Origin: Octopus sinensis | Lineage: Eukaryota | Reading direction: 5' to 3' | NCBI RefSeq assembly: GCF_006345805.1 | Contig: NC_043011.1 | Coordinates: forward strand, 4,402,001-4,466,000 | Length of the DNA stretch: 64,000 nt | Made by a program: the position numbers and the translations under genes | The notes under the pieces: model-generated | Database searches by the model: none | Told to the model about the DNA's origin: nothing | Seen by the model: the letters and a program-made list of their open reading frames with translations, nothing else | Shown: piece after piece, positions 1-12,925 of the stretch | Numbering within the stretch: the first letter of the stretch is position 1 | Layout: every line of letters starts with the position of its first letter

Positions 1-73
1 TAAGTATGGCACATCATTAGTGGATGCCCGAAATTAGCATAATGCGAATACAAAAGATGTCACGATGGTTCTA

Positions 74-177
74 GGTAATTTCCACCTTGGTAAATTACAC
101 CACAGAAAATTCCACCGGGTAAATTTCACCATAGGTAAATACCACCACAGTATATTCCACCATTGTAAATTCCACCC
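74..177. repeat. Degenerate 15-bp tandem array (about 7 units, consensus GGTAAATTCCACCAC)
   Basis: Units such as ggtaatttccacctt, ggtaaattacaccac, ggtaaataccaccac and tgtaaattccaccca recur at a 15-bp period. Confidence 0.8.
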
Positions 178-792
178 ATGGGCCAATATTATTCCAATTT
201 CGATTATTATTGTTTCTTTTCTTTTGAGGTCAGATATTGTAATATCGGGTTTATTGTTCTCTTTATGGTTTGATGTTATTATTGAGCTATCTACTAAAAA
301 TCATAACCTTTTCACTTCTTGTTCCCTTTTCTATTTGCATGTTTCTTATTTTCTGGGGGTTTTTTTTTTGATATATATATATTTTTTTTTTTTCTGTAGT
401 AGGTTCACAAATATTATCTTGGTTATCTCATCCTGTCTCTCTTTATATTTCGTGTGTGCTATTTTCCCACGTTGTATTGCCATATGTTCAATATTTTTTA
501 CAATATCTGCATGCCTTTTTACTTCCATTGTAGTTGTTTCTGTCTTGTAAATACCGTAGAATATTTTTATCTCTCATTCCGTCTCTTCGTGATACTTCTT
601 CCTCTTTCAGGTGTTTAAAGTATTCGTCATGTATTTCTTTGTGTGATTGTTCATTAATTATTTTTCCTCCCTCGTATTTTTTGTATTCATTGACATTATT
701 GATATTATTTTTATGTATTCTTTTTTATTTCCATAATATCGTAACCCATATAATAATAATAATGATGATAATAATAATAATAATAATAATAA

Positions 793-1348
793 ATGCCCTG
801 ATGCAGTACCAGGCATTGGCTCTCATGGCTTCTGATCTTAACTGACTGGATGTGTTATCATGTACATTGTTTTGTCTAGGTATAAAAGATGGGCTACAGC
901 AAATATTCTACTCAATACCACAGATTTGCTTGTCAGTTGTTTGACCATAACCAGTTGAGCATGTCCCTTAGTGGCTGACGATATGTGCATCTCTGATCAC
1001 GAGTAGAAGTAGTGGGGGAGCATCATAGCCATGTGTTGAGAGGGATTCTTTGGGGTTTGAATAATTCACCTCTGGAAACATGGGTGTTTCATTCAACATC
1101 CTTAAACAACCCTTAATCAGGGACCTTTTGAGTGGGATGGGTTACCCAACCAGAAGAAAATTCTAACTGGGCCCCACCCACAAGGTCATGCTCTGTTTAT
1201 CTTGTTATGAGATCACCATGTAGCGCACATATGGTTGTGATGCATGTGCCTGGTGTACCCTTATCAGACGGGTAGTCATGATGGCTATACTGGGCTTTGT
1301 ATATTTTACCCCAGTGTCACTTTGATGGCATGCACTGCTCTCTCACTC
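793..1348 (+). mobile_element. Non-coding ~560-bp interspersed element ('family C'), full-length copy embedded in (TAA)n
   Basis: Homologous to 8507-8947 and 49874-51711. Constant 3' end GCATGCACTGCTCTCTCACTC followed by (AAT)n; also preceded by (AAT)n. Confidence 0.85.
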
Positions 1349-1379
<31 letters not shown>

Positions 1380-1621
1380 CATAGGCACTGGACAGATGTG
1401 GTATTTTTACACCTCTAACCATCAGAATGTTTTTGCTATAGTAATTGCAGTGAATTTGCATTTAGAAATTAAAATACGTCAAAAAGATATTTTATCTAAC
1501 CTAATGTTTTTTTTATTTCTCATCACTTCTTGGCACTGATGCTGCTATATATATATATCAGGGGTGTGTGGTGATCTTTCTGGCTGGGGAAGCAATGACC
1601 AAAATTTTCTGTGTTCATATT

Positions 1622-2069
1622 CTCTTTACTCTTTTACTCTTATACTTGTTTCAGTCATTTGACTGCAGCCATGCTGGAGCACTGCCTTTAGTCGAACAAC
1701 TCGAGCCTGGGACTTATTCTTTTGTAAGCCCAGTACTTATTCTATCGGTCTCTTTTGCCGAACCGCTAAGTAACGGGGATATAAACACACCAGCATCGGT
1801 TGTCAAGCAATGCTAGGGGGACAAACACAGGCACACAAACACACACACGCATATATTATATATATATATATATATATAATATATATATATATATACATAT
1901 ATACGATGGGCTTCTTTCAGTTTCCATCTACCAAATCCACTCACACGGCTTTGGTTGGCCCGGGGGCTATAGCAGAAGACACTTGCCCAGGTGCCATGCA
2001 GTGGGACTGAACCCAGAACCATGTGGTTGGTAAACAAGCTACTTACCACACAGCCACTCCTGCGCCTAG
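1622..2069 (-). mobile_element. SINE family A (tRNA head + CORE-like domain + internal (TA)/(TG) microsatellite + AAAAGAGT tail)
   Basis: Reverse complement of the head GGCGCAGGAGTGGCTGTGTGGT (A box) ... GGGTTCAGTCCC (B box), the CORE-like TTGGGCAAGTGTCTT, and the shared 3' tail. Confidence 0.9.
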
Positions 2070-2600
2070 GCCACTCCTGCGCCTAGGCCACTCCACACCT
2101 ATTTAAAAAATTTTTTTAATCACATTTTATATTAATTCTGTAATTTGTAAAAATATAAAATATTAGTTGAATAAACACAGAAAACTATGCATGTGTTATC
2201 TTTCAACCGTTTTCTTTTTCTGATGGAAGCAGAATGTTGACTTGCTTTCCTTTTCCTAACTGTTACATAACAATGTAAGATTATATACATCATTGGCATT
2301 GTGAATTGATGGAAACTTACTCTAAGCGTATAAGTATTTCTTAGTATCTAAAACTATTCGTTATCAGCCCTTACTAGAAAAATAATTGTCTTTGTGGCAT
2401 TTTTATTGGAAAAAATGTTAAAATATTACACCAAAAAGGATGTAACAGCTTGTGTTGCCTCCCTCACACAGGTTTTTTGTGCCATTTGCTACTGCTTGTC
2501 ATCTCATACTAATTTCAACAAAAAGAACAAAATTATGAAAAATTGCTTCCAATTTTTAAGGGAAGCATTGCTTCCTTTGCTTCCATGCACCGCATGCCTA

Positions 2601-2639
<39 letters not shown>

Positions 2640-2867
2640 CATATAACAATTAGAAAAGAACACCTTGTATCAATTCAAAAGGAACAATTAAATTACACCA
2701 TCTAGAAAATAACAATACTAGAAATATTAAAAATAAAATAACAATAATATTAATATACCGATGATTAAGTAAATTGCAAAATAATGATAAAAACGTATAT
2801 ATTTGGTAGAATAACTATATATTTGAATATATATATTAGAATAACTATATATTTGGTAGAATAATAT

Positions 2868-2910
<43 letters not shown>

Positions 2911-3169
2911 CCCACAAGCTAAGATGTGTATGTATATATGCTAATTTTCCTTGATATAAATGGTGATTGTCCCTCTTTATCGCAGTAGGATTTGTTAAGT
3001 CTTAGGGTAGCCCTTTTTAATGGCCCAGGGAATTTTAGGATCTAGGAGATACAGTAATTCATTGAGCAGTAGTACTTGTATAATTAATTGGACATACGTA
3101 AGAGCCCTCTGCCTTTAGGCAAGTGTTTACACAACTCCTCTTTTCAGGTAATATACTGTCTATCATCCC

Positions 3170-3310
3170 ATCTACTCCACAATATTAGAACAGCCACAAT
3201 CAATGTGGGCACAATGAAAGTTAGGCCTGGTGGAGTTTTTAAGATGCTAGAATGCAGGCAGGCATGTGTGTTGTGTGCAGGTGGTGTGATGGAGGGAAAC
3301 CTAAACTAGA
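3170..3310 (+). mobile_element. RTE-clade LINE fragment, N-terminus of APE endonuclease (degenerate)
   Basis: IRTATINVGTMKVRPGGVFKMLECRQACVLC matches the RTE pattern LRVATxNVGTLxGRSxEVVxMLERRxVDxCCxQE. Confidence 0.65.
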
Positions 3311-6300
3311 CTTCTCATGGACAAGAAGGTAGGATTGGGATGGTGGTGGTGGTGGTGGTGGTGGTGGTGGTGGTGAGAGTGTTAGTGGCAGAGGCAGTGT
3401 TATTGTTTTTGTTATAGTTATTGCAAGAACACACACACACGTATATTATTTTATTATATCTGAGAAGTGACATCATGGACTGAAAGGTCAAAAATTTTTT
3501 GTACAGACACACTTATCAATTTTTGATTAGTTCATTCACATGAAACTTTTGGCTCTTGAGACACTGATGTAGCTTCTCAGCTAAAGTATAAGTACACATG
3601 CGCACACACACACACACACACACAAGTGCACACTGCAAATATATTAATGAAACCAATACCAATACAATGAAATATTTTGCGAATTCAATAATTCTTCATA
3701 CGTCAACAAAATTTAACAGACACCGTTTTTATTTGAATTCTGTCTGACTTGTTATCTGGCAGTATTAATTCTTTTGCTGTGCTTCACCAATCATATTTTT
3801 CATTGTTGTCACCGTCTTCACCATCGCCCCTATCATCGTCATCACCATCATCATCATCATCATCACCATCATCACCATCATCACCATGTTACTTCCATTT
3901 TCCATGCAGACATAGGTTGGAATGATTGTCATGGTTTATGTCAGTTCATAATTGAAGTTACTGACCTCCACTTAATTTCAGTCAGGAAACTACACCTTAC
4001 TCAGACATCCCAGTTTTGTCATGGCTTTTATGACTAAATGTCCTTCCAAATACCAACCACTTTACAGAGAGAGAGAGAGAGAAAGAGAGAGAGTACACTG
4101 TGCATCTAATCATGGTGCCAGCACAAGGAAGCTTCTCATATTCTTAACACGATTAAACAGTCTTCTCAACCCTACATTGTATCTGCTTGATTTACCAACC
4201 ACTTCACAGAGTGACCATTGCAGTGAGGTTGCCTTGTAAATCATAAGACTGAAGATCCCCCATGACTCTAAGAGGGAGAATGGAAGAAATTGAACTTTGA
4301 GCTTGAGGTGGGGTATTGAAAGAAGTTAAAACATGATCAGAAAGAAGGTTTATTGGTGAGAGTGCAAGTAAATGTGAAGCAGATGAGATAGTGCTGTGGG
4401 CATGAATTATAAAGGAAAAGATAGAATGGGTGGGGAGTAAGAGGTATGGGTTATGATTTGCTTGAGTATGGGGCAATCCAGTGTTAGTTCACACTAAATA
4501 GGTATGAATGGGTGGTGTAGGGGGTTTGTGAGGGAAGAAAAAGGATAGAACAATGTTAGGGTGTTGTGGAGGCAGAGGCGATGCAGAGAGAAGAGGAGAG
4601 AAAGAAATTATAGGGTGTCATTGTAGGAGAGAGAATCTGTGAAAGAAAGGGAAGGTAGGGGTGAGGAACAGAGGATGGATACAATGAGGGCTTTCCAACC
4701 CTTACAACATCTTCACATTTTGCTTGCTATAATTGCACAAAAATACGGTCCTTCTCTAACACTGTACTCCATGTCATTTCTTTTTTGAATCTTAACATCT
4801 TGAGATAGTTTTCATTTTTTTCCCCATGTCTTGCTCAGTCTTCCTCATCAACAGGTTCCATCCACTTTCAGTGCTGGGTATGTTTTCTCTTCACAACAGT
4901 CATTATCCATATGCCTCCCGTATTCATGCCAATGCAGTCTCTCTTGTACATCCGATTCTTCTTATAACTAGCATTTCTTTCAGCTTATTTGTACTCACAT
5001 CATTCATGCACTTCCGGCAACACACAGCCATCAAAATATGCTCACTTAAATTCTTACTAGTTTTTGCACTTGCTTCAGTTTTTGGCTGATAAGGACCAGA
5101 AGTTCTATGAGGACAGAATCATGAAGTTGCCAGAAAGATAACAAAAGGTTATTGAATAAAATGGAAAATATATATAGTTAATTAAAGTTCATTCTTTGTA
5201 TGGAATAAAATGGCTTATTTCACACTAAAAAACTGAAATTACTTTCTTGCCAGCCCAACAGATAGCTGGCTAGCTAGATAGACAGATAGATTGGTTGGTT
5301 GGTTTGTTGGCTGCTTGCTTGCTTCCTTGCTTGCTTGCTTGCCTGCCCCTTCAATACTGTTTATGTGGATTTTTATTACATCTTTTCAAGAATCAAATGT
5401 TTCAGAAAAATATACAATTTCATCATATAGTTTTCAAAATAACCACAGAATTTCCACAGGTAGTGCTAGTTGTTATTAATATTTTAGAAAGATTTAAGGT
5501 GGCAAGCTGATAGAATCGTTAACATGATGGACAAAATGCTTTAGGGACATTACATCCGTCTTCGTGTTCTGAGTCCAAATTCCTTTGAGGTTGATTTTCA
5601 TCCTTTTAGGGTCAATAAAATAAGTATCCGTTGAGCACTGGGGTCACTGTAATTGACTAATCCTGTCCCTTGAATTGTTGGCTAGAATTTGAAATCAATA
5701 TTTTAAAAAGATTACTTCTTTGAGACAATTATTTGTTTTAACATGAGGAACATTTATTGTTATTAGTCGAAAGGGAGAAAAGCAAAGTTGACCCTGGTGG
5801 AAAATCTATCTTATTTTCCCACTGGGGGCATTTTGTGGGATGGAGCGGTGGTGGTGGTGGTGGTGGCAGTGGGGATTTTCATAGACCCAAATGAGGAAAG
5901 AAACAAAAAAGAAAATGAATGAAATAAAATGTATACATGGTATGCAATTATACAGCTGATACAGTGCTCCTGGTATAGACAGATTTCCAATTAGGGTCAG
6001 CTAGGGGATGACACAGATCCAAGATCACTCTGAGCACTAAAGGTAAGTCACTTCTTCAAAGTACTGGTTCATGTTTAGAGAAGTTCCATCTGCCCTCTCC
6101 ATTTTTGACACTTCTCTCTCCACCTTTGCCTTCTTTTCCAAGTGTCCAAGTGGAACCTGAAACCATGAGGCTTTGACTGGAAAGGAAATTTTTTACCCCC
6201 AACTCCTTTCAGTCTCAGTTACTACATGACCCCTTTTACTGTAGCTACCAGACAGTGGAAAACTGCTTACCTTGCCTCATTAAAGGAGAGCAGCAAGTTG

Positions 6301-7168
6301 AATATTGATTTCTGTATGAATCACAAGACTGAGTTTTTGTAGGGAGACATATGGAATTAAAACAACTTCAGAAGTTAAATGGTACCCGTTTTATTCGTTC
6401 GGGTAAATTTGAACATAGGACACAAATGGTTATAGCTAAATTCCATAACACAATAAATATATATCCCAACTATTCCACGACCTCTGTAAATACATCTAGT
6501 AATCTAACCAACATCAACTGATTGTCCATTTGTTGCTTATAGCTTAATACTTACATAAGAAATCAATAATATAGGAATAAGATATCTTCATTTCCATCAG
6601 ATCGTTCTAGAACAAAACTAAGAAACAGTTCACTTGATTATTAATGTGTGTCTGCTTGCCATCATCATTTTGTCCCATCGTCTGTTGCTCGTTTGATTTC
6701 AGTATCCATGGCAGACTGGTTGTTAAACCTTCTCTACAACTTCTAATTTTCCTTTCTTATTTGAAGGGATGTAGTTCAATAATTGTCTTTTAAGAGAGCA
6801 GCCTGTATAAACCATCAGCTTATCAAAAACAGAAATACACTCAGAATTTACGAAGAAGTAACATAGAGGTTCTGTTGTGTCTGGGGAGAGTCATTTTCTT
6901 TTTGTGCCTTATTATGTAACACACTCACCGGTAAAATTTCCACTTTTTTCTTATTTTAATTGTCCTAAAATTTTCATTGCATCTTGCAACCTTTTCAATA
7001 CTTTGACTCTGGCCATTATTTACACTGCGTTCCCTTTTGTTTTCATTGAGGTGTCAATAACAAACTGTTTTTTACCTTTAAAACTTTGCTGCTCATTATT
7101 TTTTGTTTTAACTAATTATTATTACATATAGGAAATCTGATCAAATTCAATTTACATTTCTTTTTCAG

Positions 7169-7258
7169 TGAGATGGATGGTGAAGTAGTTCCTTCAGATT
7201 GGCAGGGAAAACTCCCCATAACATACAAAATAGGTCCAGGTCATGTAAATTCTTCATT
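7169..7258 (+). CDS. NAALADase/GCPII-like internal exon (equivalent to FOLH1 exon 8), 90 bp, phase 2-2
   Basis: Acceptor tttttcag| and donor |gtaagt. Encodes EMDGEVVPSDWQGKLPITYKIGPG, matching the family pattern MGG..PP..WRG.L.V.YNVGPG. Confidence 0.88.
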
Positions 7259-7779
7259 GTAAGTACTCATTTATTTCTTTTGATTTTTTTTTTTACTTGG
7301 TAACCAAGTCAGTGTTGATGCCACACAAATTGTCTGTTGAGAACATTGGTGAATATTTCCAGTAACACATTTGATAATTTATTTTAGCCTCATAATTAAG
7401 ACCATACTTAGAACACCACCTTCAGTAAATGCACATGCTCATACACACACACACACACACACACACCACACACACACACACACACACATACACATATCAA
7501 TAAACACTGTTTAAGAAAAAAGACAAGTCACAAGTTCAGGTTAAGTACTCAATAACCTATTGTAGAGTGTAGATATATATTTATTCACTTACTAGAAAAG
7601 TTGTGTTTCTTTTGAGTAAATCACCTGATATTGTGCGTGTTGGTGTCATGATCATCATCATTATCATCATCATTATCATCATCATCATCACCTTCATCAC
7701 TGCTTAACATCAGTTTTCTATGCCAACATAGATTGGATGATTTCACAGGATCTGATGTACCTGATGACTTATCATGCTC

Positions 7780-7905
7780 CATCTGCCAGATCAAGATTGG
7801 AGCCTGGTGCAGCCGTCTGGTTCGCCAGCCCTCAGTCAAAATCGTCCAACCCATGCTAGCATGGAAAGCGGGCGTTAGACGATGATGATGATGATGATGG
7901 TGATG
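7780..7905 (+). mobile_element. Short RTE 3' UTR fragment
   Basis: ggagcctggtgcagcc...cccatgctagcatggaaagcgggcgttagacgatgatg. Confidence 0.8.
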
Positions 7906-8506
7906 ATTGTCTACTTTAGCATGGTCCCTATGGCTGGATGCCTTTTCCTTATGCCAACCACTTTACAAAGTATACAAGGTGCTTTTCTGTGGAACCAACA
8001 CCAGTGGCATTGCCACATAGCTCATATGACTTAGATCCTCTTCAACTAGGTTGCGAGGGGGCACTACAATTGTGAGGGAAGCAGATTTATGCTAGTGGTG
8101 GGAGGTTAAAGTACGAAAGAAGGAGCTGGAACGGGTTTCTTGCTGTAGAGGAGATTCAAGGCTGCTTGCATCATGCAAGAGTGGGTAGGAATAATTAGGA
8201 TGGAGCTGGGAAAGAGAGATGAAAATGGTTGAGAAGAAGTACCAGGATGAGCCCTTAAGGTACAAGAATGTGAGCAGAACAAAAGAACAGGAAGGGTGGT
8301 TGCAATAATCTGAGGAGAGTGAGAGATAGTTGGAGATAATTGAAGCAAATATAATTAATGAGGAGTAAGGGTTGAGTGGTCAGTGATGATAAATATGAGC
8401 GGTAGACAAGGTAGAAGAAAGTAGGTGATGACTGGCAGTACAGAAAGACCTGAAGAGCAACAAAATATTAAGAATAATAATAATAATAATAATAAATAAT
8501 AATAAT

Positions 8507-8947
8507 ATGCTCAATACCACAGATTTGCTTGTCAGTTGTTTGACCGTAACCAGTTGAGCATGTCCCTTAGTGGCTGACAATATGTGCATCTCTGATCACA
8601 AGCAGGAGTAGTGGGGGAGCATCATAGCCATATGTTGAGAGGGATTCTTTGGGATTTGAATAATTCACCTCTGGAAACATGGGTGTTTCATTCAACATCC
8701 TTAAACAATCCCAATTCAAGGACCTTTTGAGCGAGATAGGTTACTCGACCAGAAGAAAATTCTAACTGGGCCTCACCTGCAAGGTCATGTACTGTTTATC
8801 TTGATATGAGATCACCATGTCGTGCACATATGGTTGTGATGCATGTGCCTGGTGTACCCTTATCAGACGGGTAGTCATGATGGCTATACTGGGCTTTGTA
8901 TATTTTACCCCAGTGTCACTTTGATGGCATGCACTGCTCTCTCACTC
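8507..8947 (+). mobile_element. Family C element, 5'-truncated copy in (TAA)n
   Basis: Colinear with about 910-1348, same 3' end, (AAT)n on both sides. Confidence 0.85.
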
Positions 8948-9092
8948 AATAATAATAATAATAATAATAATACAGAAGACAGATGAAGGAAGAGAGAAAG
9001 AGATGTAGTTCATATGGAGAATGAGAAGCGTATGGTGAGTGGAAGTAGTTCTCTCTCTCTCTCTCCTTCTCTCTCTCTCTCTCCTTCTCTCT

Positions 9093-9131
<39 letters not shown>

Positions 9132-9919
9132 GTTAATGTTTAAATTTATTTGATGTTGAAACATCACTCCATTACTTTGAGTTTCTCATTTCCATTCTAC
9201 AAAATAAGGAGTCAAAGTAATCACAGAGGAAAGTTTTAGCTTTGAATAAATTCATAAACCTGTCTGCATGTATTCGCTACATTTTCCTTTCCTTTGTAAG
9301 CTAAACACATCTCCTTACTGTTTTACGTATTGAGTTTTATTTCTCCTTTTTGTATAACCAAGCCTATATATATATATATATACCATTACTATCCATTAAA
9401 TTTGATTTGGGCTTTATAGATATCCCAAAGGAGAGAAAGAAAAAAAATTCTCTCTTTTCCTCCCTTCCTCTCTCTCTCTTTCTCTCCTTTCTTCTCCCTC
9501 TATCTCTTTCTCTCTCTCCCTCCCTTTCTCTCCTGGTGCCCTACACCTCTGTCACTTCTGTCTCCCTCGTCCTGTCTCCCTCTTCACATACACAATGTCA
9601 GCCACCCAGTATTTTTAGGCTGTAATTATGGAACTAAACTATTCCCATCATTCCCATTCTGAGCAGATGACGACATTTTACTGAGGAAATATTAAAAATA
9701 ATTTATCTCTAATTAGTCATCAGTTTCACAATTTTTTGGAACTAACATCAAGAATGTTCCTAAATTTTCAGGAGCACCAACAAAACTACAAATGCTTGCA
9801 TAAAAGGGTAATACTTTACACCAAAATATAGCGCTGTCGAAGCATAAATGCTAAGCTGTCAGGTCACATTTCTGATAATTCACAAAGCTCTAAATTTATA
9901 GATTCGCTTTTATTTCTGT

Positions 9920-10150
9920 TGAGTTCTTAAATTCTTTGGAAACCTCTGTACTTCCACACTACCGACTTCTGTTAAAAGTAGGAGCCACCATCATTACTAC
10001 TAGTGATGCATTGGTCATACTTAGTCTGGTGGTTAAGGCATTAATGTCTGCTATTATTCGGGCAACTCTTCTGACAACTATTCTCCATGGAAGAAAATAC
10101 TTTCATAGCCAAAGTACCCCTGGCACATCTGATTCCTTATTACACTTCAG
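9920..10150 (-). mobile_element. CR1/Jockey-group LINE, degenerate post-RT fragment
   Basis: Minus-strand RIVVRRVARIIADINALTTRL resembles RIQRRAxRLIxDxxLTxxL. Confidence 0.5.
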
Positions 10151-10514
10151 ATACTAAAGTTTGCTGTCTCCTGTAAAACTGAGCTTCGTTAAATCCATAA
10201 ATAAATCACAAGAACTGTTGCTGGACAACTTGAAGGACGCTGCTTCCCTCACAGACAATTTTATATTGCATGTGAAACATTGTTTAGAAGGAAGTTCTGG
10301 GCTTACATGAAATAGTATTAAGAGGTAACATGGTGCTGAGAAACAGAAAGGAAAACCATCATGTGTACAGTCATCTCAGGTAATACAGTGTAACCATCAC
10401 GGAAGTGTCTACATGACATCTCAGCATGGTAGGAAAAGCAGCCAGATTTCCCTCAGAACCCACTAAATTGCTTTATGTCTTTGTATATGTGCCAATTCTG
10501 TATAGAGGTGTAAG

Positions 10515-11070
10515 GACCACCAGTACTGTTTCTGCAAAGCCTGGTGCACTGATAACCTAATTTTTTTGTGTTACATACAAGTGGGATCTTGCCTTGGTGG
10601 AACTTGGTGAAAGTAATGTTGTTGGCTTCGTCATTAGCAAAGCATTTAACCATGTCTGGCATGCAAATCTCCCGTTGGAACTTCTTGCCTATGGACTCCC
10701 CCATCTCTCTTCTCATGGATTACAAGCTTTCTATCAAGTGCACTATTATTGTTCATGTTGCCGCTGCTCTTTGTGCCTCTTATTCTTTCAATTCCAGGGT
10801 ACCTCGAGGTTTGGTTTTGTCTTTCACTTACATCCTTCCATACATCAATAAATTACTTGCCACCACATCCAATAACACTCACTCTCACATAGATGACACT
10901 ACCCTTCATTTCTCCCTAACATTCTCTAACCATGCATTATCCACTCATAATCTGGATGTCACTCACCAAACACACACTGGTTCCATGAAGAAAAACCTCA
11001 AAACATCCTCCAATGGCAATATGCCAATTTAGTTTCTTTCAAGAAGAAAATTCAATCTCTTCTGACATCA
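10515..11070 (+). mobile_element. CR1/Jockey-group LINE reverse transcriptase fragment (frameshifted)
   Basis: DHQYCFCKAWCTDNL (~DHQYGFRKARSTGDL), GESNVVGFVISKAFNHVWH, NSRVPRGLVLS (~GVPQGSVL), HSHIDDTTLH (~YADDT). Confidence 0.85.
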
Positions 11071-11767
11071 AGGAAGTATCTTCACAGCTAGCGCCCTCAA
11101 ATCACTCCAATCTATTCAGATGAAAGTTGGATGGGTATGCATGAATAGAAGGGGCATGGACCCAGCTAACTCTAAAGAGCAAAGGCCATTATAGTAGCAT
11201 CAGAAAAGGCAAAGACAGAGAACAGCACATCCATGGGGAAGAAGCTGGAGTATCTCTGTAAGTGATTTAATGCCAATCAGTCAGGTGGAAATTTTTACCT
11301 CAACTGGTCCTTGTACAGTTATACTAATTCACTCAATTGAACTGGAAAAGTGAAACTGACCTTGGCAGGATTTGAACTCAAAACACAGGTCATCTCATTT
11401 GATGCTTTGACAATCATGCCAATCCACTCAATTGAACTGGAAAAGCAAAACTGACCTTGGCAGCATTTGAACTCAAAGCGCAGGGAGTAGAACATATAGT
11501 GCAAAGCATTCTGTCTGATATTGTAACAGATCTACCCAATCCCACTCCCTATGCACTCAGTACATTCATATTCCATTCTAACTCAGAACGTCAAGACATA
11601 CGAAATGCCGCCAAGCATTCTGCCAGCACCCCGCCTTATTCTGGTTTAAAACAAAAATATTAAAATTTGACTGAAGTGTTCAAACTTTAAATGGAAAGTT
11701 TCTCATCTTAGTGCTGCCTTTAATATGGTCACTGTCATAAGCAACAATTTTCCTTCTAAAATAACAC

Positions 11768-11930
11768 GGGCGCAGGAGTGGCTGTGTGGTAAGTAGCTTG
11801 CTAACCAACCACATGGTTCCGGGTTCAGTCCCACTGCATGGCATCTTGGGCAAGTGTCTTCTGCTATAGCCCCGGGCCGACCAATGCCTTGTGAGTGGAT
11901 TTGGTAGACGGAAACTAAAAGAAGCCCGTC

Positions 11931-11974
<44 letters not shown>

Positions 11975-12196
11975 ATATGTTTGTGTGTCTGTGTTTGTCC
12001 CCCTAGCATTGCTTGACAACCGATGCTGGTGTGTTTACGTCCCCGTCACTTAGCGGTTCGGCAAAAGAGACCGATAGAATAAGTACTGGACTTACAAAAG
12101 AATAAGTCCCGGGGTTGAGTTGCTTGATTAAAGGTGGTGCTCCAGCATGGCCGCAGTCAAATGACTGAAACAAGTAAAAGAAAAGAAAGAATAAAA
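11768..12196 (+). mobile_element. SINE family A, full length
   Basis: A box, B box, CORE-like segment, internal microsatellite and tail all present. Confidence 0.92.
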
Positions 12197-12469
12197 GTTT
12201 AAATCCTACATTTCTGCATGTTGCTTTTGTTTATAATGAAGAACTTTCACTGAAATATCTGGTACTGAAATGATAATACACCCATCTTGTATGTAAACAT
12301 TGAAATGCTCTAGCTTTAGTTTAGAGTTCCATGAGAGTAGTCATGTAGAAATATTGAAGTTGGAGATGCTCAAGACTCAGCTTTCAGAAGCAGAACAATT
12401 AAGTTTAGAGTAAAAGACTGACTCATACTGCGAACTGCCGCAACATTGGGGTCTAATATAACTAAATTG

Positions 12470-12790
12470 ACAATTTCAAAATGCAATACATTCTATAAAA
12501 AAAAATGCCTTTCAAGATTAATTCCAAAAATTTTGGAAGCACTAGAAGAGACTGTTATAGTCGCACTGCAGGCAGAAAATAAAATTAAAAATGATATGAC
12601 AAACATTATCCAAGAACTACCAGTGACAGCATAGGATATAAGAATGAAAGCTGTAGGTGATGCATATATTACGAAAATAAAAGAAGCTTTAAAAAATAAA
12701 CAAAATGAAAATTCAGATACCAGTAGTTTTTCACTATGCGATGATATTCGGATGTATGTCCAAAGAGTGGTGTTTCCCATGGAAGTATTC
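12470..12790 (+). mobile_element. Gypsy/Ty3 LTR retrotransposon pol fragment (RNase H end to integrase linker)
   Basis: NFKMQYI..LSRLIPK...ETVIVAL...ELPVT..DIRMKA..D...SFSLCDDIRMYVQRVVFP matches the Gypsy pol pattern ADGLSRLIP...ELPVT.EDI...FSICDGVLMYAERVVIP; contains a stop and a frameshift. Confidence 0.75.
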
Positions 12791-12925
12791 TGTGAAATAT
12801 TCGATGTACTGGTACCAAAAGCAATAGAGTTCCGTAGAACCAGCATGAGAAACAGAAAGCAGGCCGAACACCTTGAGATAATACCCAAGCGAAAAGGATA
12901 CAAAAAATAAATAAATAAATAAATA

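Noticed and set aside
4180-4700. Purine-rich stretches (also ~8050-8400 and ~15570-15930) as coding exons
   Set aside because: No convincing motif; probably very old retroelement debris, not assignable by eye.
1-7168. Upstream NAALADase exon (FOLH1 exon 7 equivalent), and the next exon after 60478
   Set aside because: No PxIPxxPIGYxDA-like or RxVAYxNxD-like coding segment was found; these exons presumably lie outside the window.
11768-11845. tRNA genes at SINE heads (also 15936, 37217, 56421)
   Set aside because: A and B boxes are present, but there is no complete cloverleaf and each continues into a SINE body.
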